Below are positions 53,120 through 62,000 of a stretch of 64,000 nucleotides of DNA, piece after piece. The notes under the pieces are model-generated. The model was not told the DNA's origin and did no database searches. It saw only the letters and a program-made list of their open reading frames with translations. The position numbers and the translations under genes were made by a program. The DNA comes from Desulfobacula sp. (GTDB lineage: Bacteria > Desulfobacterota > Desulfobacteria > Desulfobacterales > Desulfobacteraceae), in assembly GCA_013792075.1 (NCBI GenBank), contig VMSR01000302.1, positions 75-64,074 on the forward strand, in the 5' to 3' direction. Positions within the stretch are counted from its first letter, which is position 1. Each line of letters begins with the position of its first letter.

Positions 53120-54559
53120 ATGGAACTATCCTGGGAAAAAGTTAAGTTTCAAATTAAAAAATCAATACCCGATCATAGTTATCGGATGTGGATAGAACCA
53201 CTGGCACTCATTGATTATGATGCCACAGGCATCACACTGGCCACTCCCAACGATTTTTTTGTCAAACGAATCAAAGACAATTACCTGGATATATTTCAAA
53301 GAGAATTTTCAAATCTTGGCCAATCCGTTACCATTGAGTTCCAGACCAGCGGGAAAAAAGAGGCCAAGGGCTTCCCAATAGACAAGGAACTGAATATAAA
53401 ATTGACAAAGGACCCGGAAAAAAGCCAGGAAAAAGACAAGTATGCCCGCGCCTACCCGGCCCTGGCAGCAAGGCCCCGGTGGAAAAAACCAGAGCAGGCA
53501 ACACTGCCGGGTCTTGACGCCTCCTTCAACGGTGGCCGGATGCTGAAAAAGGGGTATACCTTTGATGATTTTGTTGTGGGGGACAACTCTAATTTTGCTT
53601 ACTCTGCATCCCTGTCCCTTGCCCAGGGAAAGATAAACGGGGCTGGAATCCTGTATCTGCTGGGTAAAACAGGGCTGGGGAAAAGTCATTTGTCCCAGGC
53701 GGTGGGGCATCACATGATGACCAACAACATATCCAACAGGGTTTATTATGTGACAGCCGAAGATTTTACCAATGAAATGATATTTTCCATCAGGAACCAG
53801 ACCATTGATCAGTTCAAGGAAAAATATCGAAAAAAATGTGATGTATTGATTCTAGAAGATATTCATTTTTTGTCCGGAAAAGTTGCCACCCAAAAAGAGC
53901 TTGCCATTACCCTGGATTATCTGCTGGATGCAGACAAGAAAATTATTTTTTCCGGGTGTGAACTGCCCGAGGATATTCCCAAGCTCAATGATCAGCTGAA
54001 ATCCCGGTTGAGTATGGGATTGGTTACGGAAATTGAGGCACCTGATTACAAGACCCGGCTCAGAATATTGAAAAAGAAATCAACAACCCTTGGGTGTAAG
54101 ATTCCCAGGCCGGTGAGCGAATACATTGCCCAGGAACTCTGCGACGATGTGCGCCAGCTGGAAAGCGGTCTCTTCGGCGTGGTGGCAAAGGGTCAGATCA
54201 TGGGGTGTAATATTGATATTGCGCTTGCCAAAAGTGTTCTGGACAATATTACCAAAAACAGGAAGAGAATCAGTATCGATTTGATCAAACAATTGGTGTG
54301 CACAGAATTTTCCATATCTGAAAAAGACATTATGTCCAAATCCAGGAAAAGGACCATTGTCAAGCCACGGCAGGTGGCCATGTTCCTTGCAAAAAAATAT
54401 ACAGATCAGCCTATTAAAAAAATTGGTTCCAGTTTTAAAAAATACCATGCCACTGCCATTTATTCTGTCAATACCATCGAAAAAGAGCTCAAACAAAAAG
54501 GATTATTGTTTGAGCAGATCAATTATATATCCAAGAAAATTGAAGCAGGCAAATTTTAA
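53120..54559 (+). CDS. dnaA: chromosomal replication initiator protein DnaA
   Basis: From the ATG at 53120: MELSWEKVKFQIKKSIPDHSYRMWIEPL. AAA+ Walker A GKTGLGKSHL, and the C-terminal DNA-binding block VKPRQVAMFLAKKYT...IGSSFKKYHATAIYS. Confidence 0.95.
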   Translation: MELSWEKVKFQIKKSIPDHSYRMWIEPLALIDYDATGITLATPNDFFVKRIKDNYLDIFQREFSNLGQSVTIEFQTSGKKEAKGFPIDKELNIKLTKDPEKSQEKDKYARAYPALAARPRWKKPEQATLPGLDASFNGGRMLKKGYTFDDFVVGDNSNFAYSASLSLAQGKINGAGILYLLGKTGLGKSHLSQAVGHHMMTNNISNRVYYVTAEDFTNEMIFSIRNQTIDQFKEKYRKKCDVLILEDIHFLSGKVATQKELAITLDYLLDADKKIIFSGCELPEDIPKLNDQLKSRLSMGLVTEIEAPDYKTRLRILKKKSTTLGCKIPRPVSEYIAQELCDDVRQLESGLFGVVAKGQIMGCNIDIALAKSVLDNITKNRKRISIDLIKQLVCTEFSISEKDIMSKSRKRTIVKPRQVAMFLAKKYTDQPIKKIGSSFKKYHATAIYSVNTIEKELKQKGLLFEQINYISKKIEAGKF

Positions 54560-55939
54560 ATGGGCCTTTCCCCTTCCATTTACAAAGATCTTGAAAAAAT
54601 TCTAGGGAAAGAATACCTGACCGTCAAAAAAGAAGAACTGCTGTGCTATTCCTACGATGCCACAGGCCAGTCTTATTTGCCCGATGCTGTCATTTTTCCT
54701 GAAACAGAGGCCCAGGTGGCAGACATTTTCAAACTGGCATCCGCAAAAAAATTTTTTGTGGTTCCCAGGGGCAGCGGATCCGGTATGACCGGTGGCGCCA
54801 TACCGGTTGCCGGCGGGGTGGTATTGGTCACCAGCCGTATGAACCGTATCATTGAAATTGATGAAGAAAACTTTATTGCCAGGGTTGAACCGGGCGTCAT
54901 TGTTTCTGAAATTCACAAGGCTGTAGAAGCCAAAGGGCTTTTTTATCCGCCGGACCCGGCCAGCTCTTCTGTCTGCACCATTGGGGGGAATGTCGGTGAA
55001 TGTGCCGGCGGTCCCAGGGCAGTCAAATACGGGGTAACAAGGGATTATGTTTTGGGATTGCGGGCTGTCATCCCATCCGGCCAGATTATTGAAACAGGGG
55101 TGGCCACGGCAAAGGGAGTGGCCGGTTATGACCTTACCCGGTTGATTGTGGGGTCAGAAGGCACCCTGGCCCTGGTCACCCAGATCACCTTGAAGTTATT
55201 GCCCAAGCCTGCAGCTGTAAAAACCATGGCTGTTTTTTTTGACAGCATGGACAAGGCTGCCCAGACCGTATCCAAGGTGATGAAACAGGCAACGATTCCC
55301 CGGTGTGTGGAATACCTGGATGAAGCGTGCATCAATCTTGTCAGAAAATTTCTTTCCTTTGAGCTGCCGGAAGGAATTCGGGCATTGTTGATCCTTGAAC
55401 TGGATGGGACCTGGGATCAGGTTGAACGAGAGGCAGAGCAGATAAAAAAATTTTGTTACGGGGCAGGGGCCCAAAAGGTTCTGGTTGCGGAAGATGAAAA
55501 AGCGGCTCAACAATTGTGGGAAGCCAGACGCGCCTTGTCACCGGTTTTATATAAAATTGCCCCCAATAAAATCAATGAAGATATTGTGGTGCCCATTTCA
55601 AAAATTCCCAGAATGGTTGAGATTACCCGGGAAATCCAGCGAACTTCCGGACTGACCGTGGTCAGTTTCGGGCATGCGGGGGACGGTAATATCCATTGCA
55701 ATATCATGTATGACAAAAAGGATGCGGCCCAGACCCAAAAGGCTGAACAAGCAGTGGATGATCTGTTTGCCGCCACCCTTAAGCTTGGCGGAACCATTAC
55801 CGGCGAACATGGCGTTGGGATAACAAAAAGCAAATACCTTCCCCTGGAAATCGGCAGCACAGAACTTGAAATCATGAAGGGAATAAAAAAGGTGTTTGAT
55901 CCCGACACTATTTTGAATCCCGGAAAAATATTTTTGTGA
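54560..55939 (+). CDS. FAD-linked oxidase (GlcD / D-lactate dehydrogenase family)
   Basis: 459-aa ORF. FAD-binding PCMH block VVPRGSGSGMTGGAIP. C-terminal GGTITGEHGVGITK and FDPDTILNPGKIF. Confidence 0.85.
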   Translation: MGLSPSIYKDLEKILGKEYLTVKKEELLCYSYDATGQSYLPDAVIFPETEAQVADIFKLASAKKFFVVPRGSGSGMTGGAIPVAGGVVLVTSRMNRIIEIDEENFIARVEPGVIVSEIHKAVEAKGLFYPPDPASSSVCTIGGNVGECAGGPRAVKYGVTRDYVLGLRAVIPSGQIIETGVATAKGVAGYDLTRLIVGSEGTLALVTQITLKLLPKPAAVKTMAVFFDSMDKAAQTVSKVMKQATIPRCVEYLDEACINLVRKFLSFELPEGIRALLILELDGTWDQVEREAEQIKKFCYGAGAQKVLVAEDEKAAQQLWEARRALSPVLYKIAPNKINEDIVVPISKIPRMVEITREIQRTSGLTVVSFGHAGDGNIHCNIMYDKKDAAQTQKAEQAVDDLFAATLKLGGTITGEHGVGITKSKYLPLEIGSTELEIMKGIKKVFDPDTILNPGKIFL

Positions 55940-56005
55940 TATCTATTTTTTGACCGGACTATTTTAGCTACAGGACCAAGGGTTCAGGGGCGCTGCAATT
56001 TTTGT

Positions 56006-56242
56006 TCAGTGGGGTTTGACAGAATACTCGTTGTTCAGCAATAGTCTTTCAAGTAGGTCAATTTTCGGATGCCGGGTTCGCATGACGCAGCAACGGATGC
56101 AAATCGAACAATAGGTTGAGCAAAGCTTATTTCTTTTATTATATTCTCCAAAACAATCCGGTATATCAATAGAGTCTTTCCTGACAGAGTTGGCGATGAG
56201 AATCTGTCCAAGTTGCTTTAATTCCATATTCAGTCCATTCAT
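56006..56242 (-). CDS. hypothetical small Cys-rich protein
   Basis: 78-aa ORF lying 1 nt downstream of the hflX stop codon (hflX CDS ends at 56246). Cys pattern: C-x11-C-x3-C-x2-C-x2-CC. No family is recognised. Confidence 0.35.
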   Translation of the reverse strand: MNGLNMELKQLGQILIANSVRKDSIDIPDCFGEYNKRNKLCSTYCSICIRCCVMRTRHPKIDLLERLLLNNEYSVKPH

Positions 56243-56245
56243 AGA

Positions 56246-57877
56246 TTAATAATGTTTCATGCAGATCATTGACTCAAGTTTTTCAATCAACGGGGCCAGG
56301 GTGTTTTTCTGGAGCGCTGAAATCATGATACCTTGATTGAGGAGCCATGGGTTGTCAAATTGTTCCAGGTCGACCTGGTCTGTTTTGTTAAACACATAAA
56401 GGATGGGTATCTTGTCAAGATCCAGTTGGGTGAGAATTTTTTCAACCGATTCTTTTTGCTGTAAATAACGGGGATTACTGATATCAATCACATGGAGGAT
56501 GATGTCAGCCTCGGATAATTCTTCCAATGTGGCATTGAAGGCTTCCATCAGCTCTTTGGGAAGGTTCTGGATAAACCCAACGGTGTCGGTAATAATCACT
56601 TCCGTATCCCGGGGGAAACGCAGACGTCTGGACGAGGGGTCCAGGGTTGCAAACAAGCGGTTGGCTGCGATGATATTGCTCTGGGTCAGGGTATTCAGCA
56701 GGGTGGATTTGCCAACATTGGTATATCCGACAATGGAAATAATCGGCAGCTCTTTGCGCTTGCGCCTGGATTTTTGCTGGGTTCTCTGTTTGCGGATGGT
56801 CTGGATTTCTTTTTTCAACCGGGTGATGCGATCCCTGACCCTTCGCCGGTTGATCTCAAGTTTGGTTTCTCCGGGACCCCTTCCGCCGATTCCACCGGTA
56901 AGCCGTGACATGGCGGTATTCCGTGTGATAAGCCTTGGCAATAGATATTCCATCTGGGCCAGCTCTACCTGGTACTTGCCGTCCCTTGATTTTGCCTGCT
57001 TGGCAAAAATATCTAAAATCAGCTGGGTTCGGTCAATGACCTTCATTTCAACAAAATCGGTGATAGACCGAATTTGTGACGGCGACAATTCCCTGTCAAA
57101 TATCAGCATGGTGGCATGGTTCTGGATGGCTGTGATGACCAGGCTGGATAGTTTTCCTTTTCCCACCACAAACTTGGAATCAATCTGTTGTCTGCGCTGG
57201 AGAGCGCTTCCAATTACATGAATCCGGCTTGTTTTGCACAATTCCTTTAGTTCCTCAAAAGAGGCATAGGCCTCTTGGGGGTTTGTTGTGGTGGCATTGA
57301 TCAGGAAGGCATTTTCAGTCCCGGTATCCGGCCTGTGCAGGGAGCTTTTTTGGGTCAGTTCCAATTCCAGGGCCAGAATCTGTGCCTGGCAGCCAATCTC
57401 CAGACCGTCGATGGTGGTGACGGGCATCACCTGGTAGGGATCTGCCGTCTCATCGGGCAGGACATGACCGGAATACACATTGCCAGGGCTTCCGTCGGGC
57501 CGGACACAGATGGCGGTGATATAGTCAAGGCGCAACAGGGCAAGATCTGTTAAATCATCCCGTGTCAATTGTTCATCTGTCAGGTGGGTGTGCACGCACC
57601 TTAATCCCTTAAGGCGGCCCGGGCCGGCCATGTAGTCCGGCGTGACCGGAATAACGATTCTCTGGGGTTCTCCGGCAATGACACAGATAATTTTCCCGTT
57701 ACGGTCTATCATCAGGCCGATCTGACGGCGAATCTCATGGCTGATTGCAACCAATTGAACTGCTATGTCTGGGGTTAGGATGAATTCGGGAGAAGATTTT
57801 AAGGTGTACAGGTCTTCAATTTTTTTGATCTGGGTATTTTTAAGGCCTGTGGTGCTGCCGTAAACTATTTTTTTCAT
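56246..57877 (-). CDS. hflX: GTPase HflX
   Basis: Motifs: G1 [13 protein letters not shown]3 DTVGF, NKTD. Long HflX-type N-domain. ATGA overlap with the dnaB stop. Confidence 0.9.
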   Translation of the reverse strand: MKKIVYGSTTGLKNTQIKKIEDLYTLKSSPEFILTPDIAVQLVAISHEIRRQIGLMIDRNGKIICVIAGEPQRIVIPVTPDYMAGPGRLKGLRCVHTHLTDEQLTRDDLTDLALLRLDYITAICVRPDGSPGNVYSGHVLPDETADPYQVMPVTTIDGLEIGCQAQILALELELTQKSSLHRPDTGTENAFLINATTTNPQEAYASFEELKELCKTSRIHVIGSALQRRQQIDSKFVVGKGKLSSLVITAIQNHATMLIFDRELSPSQIRSITDFVEMKVIDRTQLILDIFAKQAKSRDGKYQVELAQMEYLLPRLITRNTAMSRLTGGIGGRGPGETKLEINRRRVRDRITRLKKEIQTIRKQRTQQKSRRKRKELPIISIVGYTNVGKSTLLNTLTQSNIIAANRLFATLDPSSRRLRFPRDTEVIITDTVGFIQNLPKELMEAFNATLEELSEADIILHVIDISNPRYLQQKESVEKILTQLDLDKIPILYVFNKTDQVDLEQFDNPWLLNQGIMISALQKNTLAPLIEKLESMICMKHY

Positions 57878-59253
57878 TGAAATTCCTGATATGAATCCGG
57901 TGCCAGTTCCTCAAATCGGGTAAATTGTCCATGGAAATGCATCAAGGCTGTTCCCGTGGCACCGTTCCTGTTTTTGGCAACAATGATCTCGGCCATTCCT
58001 TTTTTGGGATTATCCGGTTCTTTGTTGTAGACCTCATCCCGATAAATAAAGGCAATGATATCCGCATCCTGTTCAAGGGCGCCCGATTCTCTCAAGTCCG
58101 ACATCATGGGGCGTTTATCCCCCCTTTGTTCGAGCATACGGTTCAGCTGAGACAATGCCATAACCGGAATGTTCAATTCCTTGGCAAGCGCTTTGAGGGA
58201 TCGGGAAATCTCTGCAATTTCAAGGTCCCTTCGATCGGACCGAAACGGTGCTTTCATCAACTGGAGATAGTCGATGATGACAAGCCCCAATTCTCCATGT
58301 TTCTGGTAGAGTTTTCGGGCCTTGGCCCGGACATCCATGACCGTGAGATTGGGCGAGTCATCAATGAATATGGGCATCTCATTTAAGACGCCTGCGGCAT
58401 CCGTGGCATTCTGCCAGTCTTCCTGGCTGATAAACCCGGTACGAAGGCGGTTTGAATCGATCCGTGCTTCTGAGGTCAGAAGCCGCATGGACAATTGTTC
58501 GTTGGACATTTCAAGGGAAAAAATAGCCACGGGCTTTCTTTCTTCCAGGGCCACATTCCGGGCAATATTCAGGGCAAAGGCCGTTTTCCCCATACTGGGC
58601 CGTGCCGCCAGGATAATAAGGTCCGATCCCTGGAGGCCGGATGTGATACGGTTGAGACGCGAATACCCAGTGGACAGACCTGACAGCCCGCCATCCTTTC
58701 CCTGTCGTTCCTCAAGATGGTCAATATTCAAATTGATCAGATCACCCAGGCTCTGGAAGGACCCGGTTGATTTTTTTTCAGCAATATTAAAGATAGCGGT
58801 TTCGGCATAATCAATAATGTCCTTGAAATCCCCCTTATCTTCAAGGCAGCGTTCAATGATTTTGGAAGAAGAATCAATGAGCTGGCGCAGGGCGGCTTTT
58901 CCCCGGATGATTTTTGCATAGAGAAGGGCATTCACCGCAACCGGGGCAGCATCGGAAATGGATGCCAGATAGGCGGCCCCGCCAATGCTTTCCAGTTCGT
59001 TTTTTTCCTTGAGGGCATTGGCAACCGTAACCAGGTCTGCGGCTTCTTCCTTGGCTGTCAGTTCAAGGATGGCCCTGAAAATTTTTTTATGGGCACCTTT
59101 GTAAAAATCCTCAGGTGTCAAAATTTCAGTGACGTCCAGCAGGGTGTTGTTATTGATAAAAATGGCGCTTAAAAGGGATTCTTCCGCATCTATATCGTGG
59201 GGCGGGGTTCTGGTTAACAGGGGATCGGGTTTTATGGTGTTTTTTATGGGCAC
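57874..59253 (-). CDS. dnaB: replicative DNA helicase
   Basis: Motifs: PPHDIDAEESLLSAIF, Walker A ARPSMGKTAFALN, IIDYLQLM, ALSQLNR. GTG start. Confidence 0.95.
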   Translation of the reverse strand: MPIKNTIKPDPLLTRTPPHDIDAEESLLSAIFINNNTLLDVTEILTPEDFYKGAHKKIFRAILELTAKEEAADLVTVANALKEKNELESIGGAAYLASISDAAPVAVNALLYAKIIRGKAALRQLIDSSSKIIERCLEDKGDFKDIIDYAETAIFNIAEKKSTGSFQSLGDLINLNIDHLEERQGKDGGLSGLSTGYSRLNRITSGLQGSDLIILAARPSMGKTAFALNIARNVALEERKPVAIFSLEMSNEQLSMRLLTSEARIDSNRLRTGFISQEDWQNATDAAGVLNEMPIFIDDSPNLTVMDVRAKARKLYQKHGELGLVIIDYLQLMKAPFRSDRRDLEIAEISRSLKALAKELNIPVMALSQLNRMLEQRGDKRPMMSDLRESGALEQDADIIAFIYRDEVYNKEPDNPKKGMAEIIVAKNRNGATGTALMHFHGQFTRFEELAPDSYQEFQ

Positions 59254-59280
59254 AATTCACTTGGGAATTCATGTAAAGAT

Positions 59281-59309
59281 CCAAAAACTGCCCGGAAAAA
59301 GCCGGGCAG
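59281..59309 (-). terminator. Rho-independent terminator after rplI
   Basis: 8-bp GC-rich stem CTGCCCGG/CCGGGCAG at 59288-59309 with a 6-nt loop. On the minus strand it is followed by TTTTTGG. Confidence 0.6.
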
Positions 59310-59326
59310 TTTATTTTGGACCTGGA

Positions 59327-59785
59327 TTATTTTTCTGTTTTGTCTTCGGCAATTACCTTGACGGTAATTTCAGGCTCAACATCTTTGTAAAGACGAATGG
59401 CAACCTTGTACTCACCGATTTCCTTAATCGGCTCGGCAAGGAGGATTGAGCGGCGTTCGACCGACACATCCTGGCTGTCCAAGGCCTCTTTGATGTCATG
59501 GGTGGTGACAGAACCGTAAAGGCGAATGTCTTCATGGACCTTGGCCTTAATTGTACATACAATATTTTTGACTTTACCTGCCATCTCTTCGGCAAGCTTT
59601 CGTTCCTTGGCAATCTGAAGCTCAAGTTTTGCTCTTGTCTGCTCCATGACTTTTCTGTTCTGGGCAGTGGCAATAATCGCTTTTCCCTGGGGCAGAAGAT
59701 AGTTGCGTCCGTAACCTTCTGCAACCACACACTCTGATCCTGCGATACCAAGTGTATCAATGGTTTCTTTTAATATAACTTTCAT
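59327..59785 (-). CDS. rplI: 50S ribosomal protein L9
   Basis: N-terminus MKVILKETIDTLGIAGSECVVAEGYGRNYLLPQGKAI. Confidence 0.95.
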   Translation of the reverse strand: MKVILKETIDTLGIAGSECVVAEGYGRNYLLPQGKAIIATAQNRKVMEQTRAKLELQIAKERKLAEEMAGKVKNIVCTIKAKVHEDIRLYGSVTTHDIKEALDSQDVSVERRSILLAEPIKEIGEYKVAIRLYKDVEPEITVKVIAEDKTEK

Positions 59786-59844
59786 TTAAACCTCCAAAAA
59801 GGATCAGTCCTTTTTAATCCGGACTGACTTTGAGTTTTCTTTTA

Positions 59845-60792
59845 TCACTCGTGTGTACCCAGTTTTCTAAAATTGATCCAGTTGTCAAAAAAACCCAGGC
59901 CAATGACCAGGATTAAAAAGTATAACTGAACTGCAATGAGGCTATAGCAGAAAAACCGCAGGGCAGTAGGGGATCTTTTTGTTTGAAAAAAAAAGGATAC
60001 AACAGCAATTCCTTGAAAAAAATAAACAAGCATTAAAACAATCAGACAATTGATGCTGATATATTTTGGCACTTCCATGGGTAGAAACAAAATTAAACCC
60101 AGGGCTATCACACCCCAGACAAGATAGTCGGGTGCCCTGTATTGGTTTAAATTTTCCATGCTTTTGAGGGTAATTCCTTTTCTCATCAAGAGTTTTTTGA
60201 TGATCAGGATATTCAGCCACATGGTTGCCAGGAATGAGGTCGTGAACATCCCGGGCAGGACAACGAGAAATGCTGTGTTCAGCATTTCAATCTGGTCTTT
60301 TTCAATTCCCATGTCCGTGTAAAGCTGAGCCGTCAGGCCGAAATAACGGGTGAGATAGTCGGAAACAACCGAACCCATGGTCTGACCCTGAAAAGCAGTG
60401 TATAGAAAAAAGGCGGCGGCAGCAGATCCCAAAACGCCCAAACCAGTGAAAATCATGGTTTTTTCCATACCCAGATGCTGTTCAATACACTCTCCCAGGA
60501 AAAACCCCGTCATGAGAAGTGATCCAAAATAGAGTATGTCAAATGCAAGTCCCTGTGTCATTAGTATCAGCACGAAAAAGCTTATGCCAATAATGACACC
60601 ACCGCTTTTTCTTCCTAGCTTCAGCCTGTAAAACAGAACGGGCAGGGGAAGAAACAGCAGTGCAAACACCCCCAACAGGGGAAACGTAAAAATAATTGCA
60701 AAAATCAAAATGCACAGGGATGTCCCCATGATAATTTCTTTTACAATAAGGGGGGGTGTTATGGTACCGGTCACCTGTAATACTCCAGCCAA
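59845..60792 (-). CDS. DUF2232 (YybS-like) membrane protein
   Basis: Polytopic membrane ORF in the conserved rpsR - yybS - rplI position. The start is uncertain: TTG at 60792 or ATG at 60729. Confidence 0.65.
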   Translation of the reverse strand: MAGVLQVTGTITPPLIVKEIIMGTSLCILIFAIIFTFPLLGVFALLFLPLPVLFYRLKLGRKSGGVIIGISFFVLILMTQGLAFDILYFGSLLMTGFFLGECIEQHLGMEKTMIFTGLGVLGSAAAAFFLYTAFQGQTMGSVVSDYLTRYFGLTAQLYTDMGIEKDQIEMLNTAFLVVLPGMFTTSFLATMWLNILIIKKLLMRKGITLKSMENLNQYRAPDYLVWGVIALGLILFLPMEVPKYISINCLIVLMLVYFFQGIAVVSFFFQTKRSPTALRFFCYSLIAVQLYFLILVIGLGFFDNWINFRKLGTHE

Positions 60793-60802
60793 TTATCTTT
60801 TA

Positions 60803-61060
60803 TTAATGCATGGGGCGGCCGACAAACGGCAGCAGTGCTATCTGACGGGATTGTTTTATCGCCAGAGAGAGTTGGCGCTGGTGTTTTGCGCATGTTCCTG
60901 TAATTCTTCGGGGCATGATCTTTCCCCGTTCAGTGATGAATTGTCTCAAAGCTTTCGGGTTTTTGTAGTTGAGTTCAAGCGCATTGTCTACACAGAATCT
61001 ACAGATTTTTTTTCGTTGGAAAAATCTGTTTTTACCGCCAGTTTTTTGATTTCTATACAT
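60803..61060 (-). CDS. rpsR: 30S ribosomal protein S18
   Basis: Motif: [45 protein letters not shown]. Confidence 0.95.
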   Translation of the reverse strand: MYRNQKTGGKNRFFQRKKICRFCVDNALELNYKNPKALRQFITERGKIMPRRITGTCAKHQRQLSLAIKQSRQIALLPFVGRPMH

Positions 61061-61076
61061 GATATTTCTCCTTCAA

Positions 61077-61511
61077 TCAGTCCTGCACTTCTGTGGTTTC
61101 GTCGGATTCTTCAACCGCTTTTTCAGCAGCTGCTGCTGTTTCCCGTTCTGCCGCCAGCTCCTCGGCAGCTTTTGCAGCTTCCTGGGCATCGGCAACTTCT
61201 TTTTCAAGGGATTCAACAGTTACATCATCGGAAAGAAGGATGGTCATGAACTTTAGGATATCATCGGTAAGACGGAAATTCCTTTCAAGTTCTTTTACAA
61301 GGTCTCCGGTTCCGCCATATGTGACACATACATAATGGCCCCGCAGTTTCTTTTTGATTTCATAGGCCATTTTCTTATTGCCCCAGTCATCAAAATTTAA
61401 AAGGATCCCATTTTCCTTGGCAATGATATTTCTGACTTTATCAAACAGGTCCAAGCGCGCTTGGTCCTGAAGATCAGGGTCAGAAATAAATACAGTTTCA
61501 TATTTCCTCAT
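61077..61511 (-). CDS. rpsF: 30S ribosomal protein S6
   Basis: MRKYETVFISDPDL..., HYVCVTY, and an acidic C-terminal tail. Confidence 0.95.
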   Translation of the reverse strand: MRKYETVFISDPDLQDQARLDLFDKVRNIIAKENGILLNFDDWGNKKMAYEIKKKLRGHYVCVTYGGTGDLVKELERNFRLTDDILKFMTILLSDDVTVESLEKEVADAQEAAKAAEELAAERETAAAAEKAVEESDETTEVQD

Positions 61512-62000
61512 TTTGTCTCCTTACGGATATAAAGCCCCGGCATCTTACCGGAGCAAGGATTAATGTTTAAAAAAAACACCTGCCAATCAGGTATTTGTAA
61601 AAACTACTTTGTATATCATTAAACCGGTTCCGGGTCAAGGTGAATCTTGTTGATATTCAAGGCACCGGCATTGGAAAAGCCCCGGGAAGTTTTAATCATC
61701 GGCCATAAAATTTGAAGGATGGTTTACCCCATAACCCGGCCGGCCAATGGGAGGCTTTGATACCCTTGGGCGATCAATTTTTAAAAAATCCGGGCAGGTA
61801 ATATCAGAAATTTCAAATTTTATTAATCAAGATTTTATAACGTTTAGTGCGAATAAAAACCATATGAGCGTTTTATCGATTGTTGCCTTCATAGACAAAG
61901 TTCTCGCCGAAGGCATCCATTTATCAGGATGGGATCTGTTAAGGATCTTTGTGGTTCTCTTAACAGCTACAAGCCAAATGTTTTTCCGGAAATAGGATAA

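Noticed and set aside
53192-53200. TGTGGATAG, the best DnaA-box-like 9-mer in the area.
   Set aside because: It lies inside the dnaA coding sequence (encodes MWIE), so a role as an origin box cannot be claimed from sequence alone.
61512-61560. Short CCGG-loop-CCGG hairpin in the rpsF 5' leader, considered as the S6:S18 autoregulatory leader RNA.
   Set aside because: It has only a 6-bp stem including a G-U pair. I cannot verify the covariation model by eye. A check with Rfam/Infernal would be needed.
61747-61995. 82-aa plus-strand ORF in the rpsF/histidine-kinase intergenic region.
   Set aside because: No RBS, no recognisable motif, and unremarkable composition. Kept only as a possibility for Ribo-seq to resolve.
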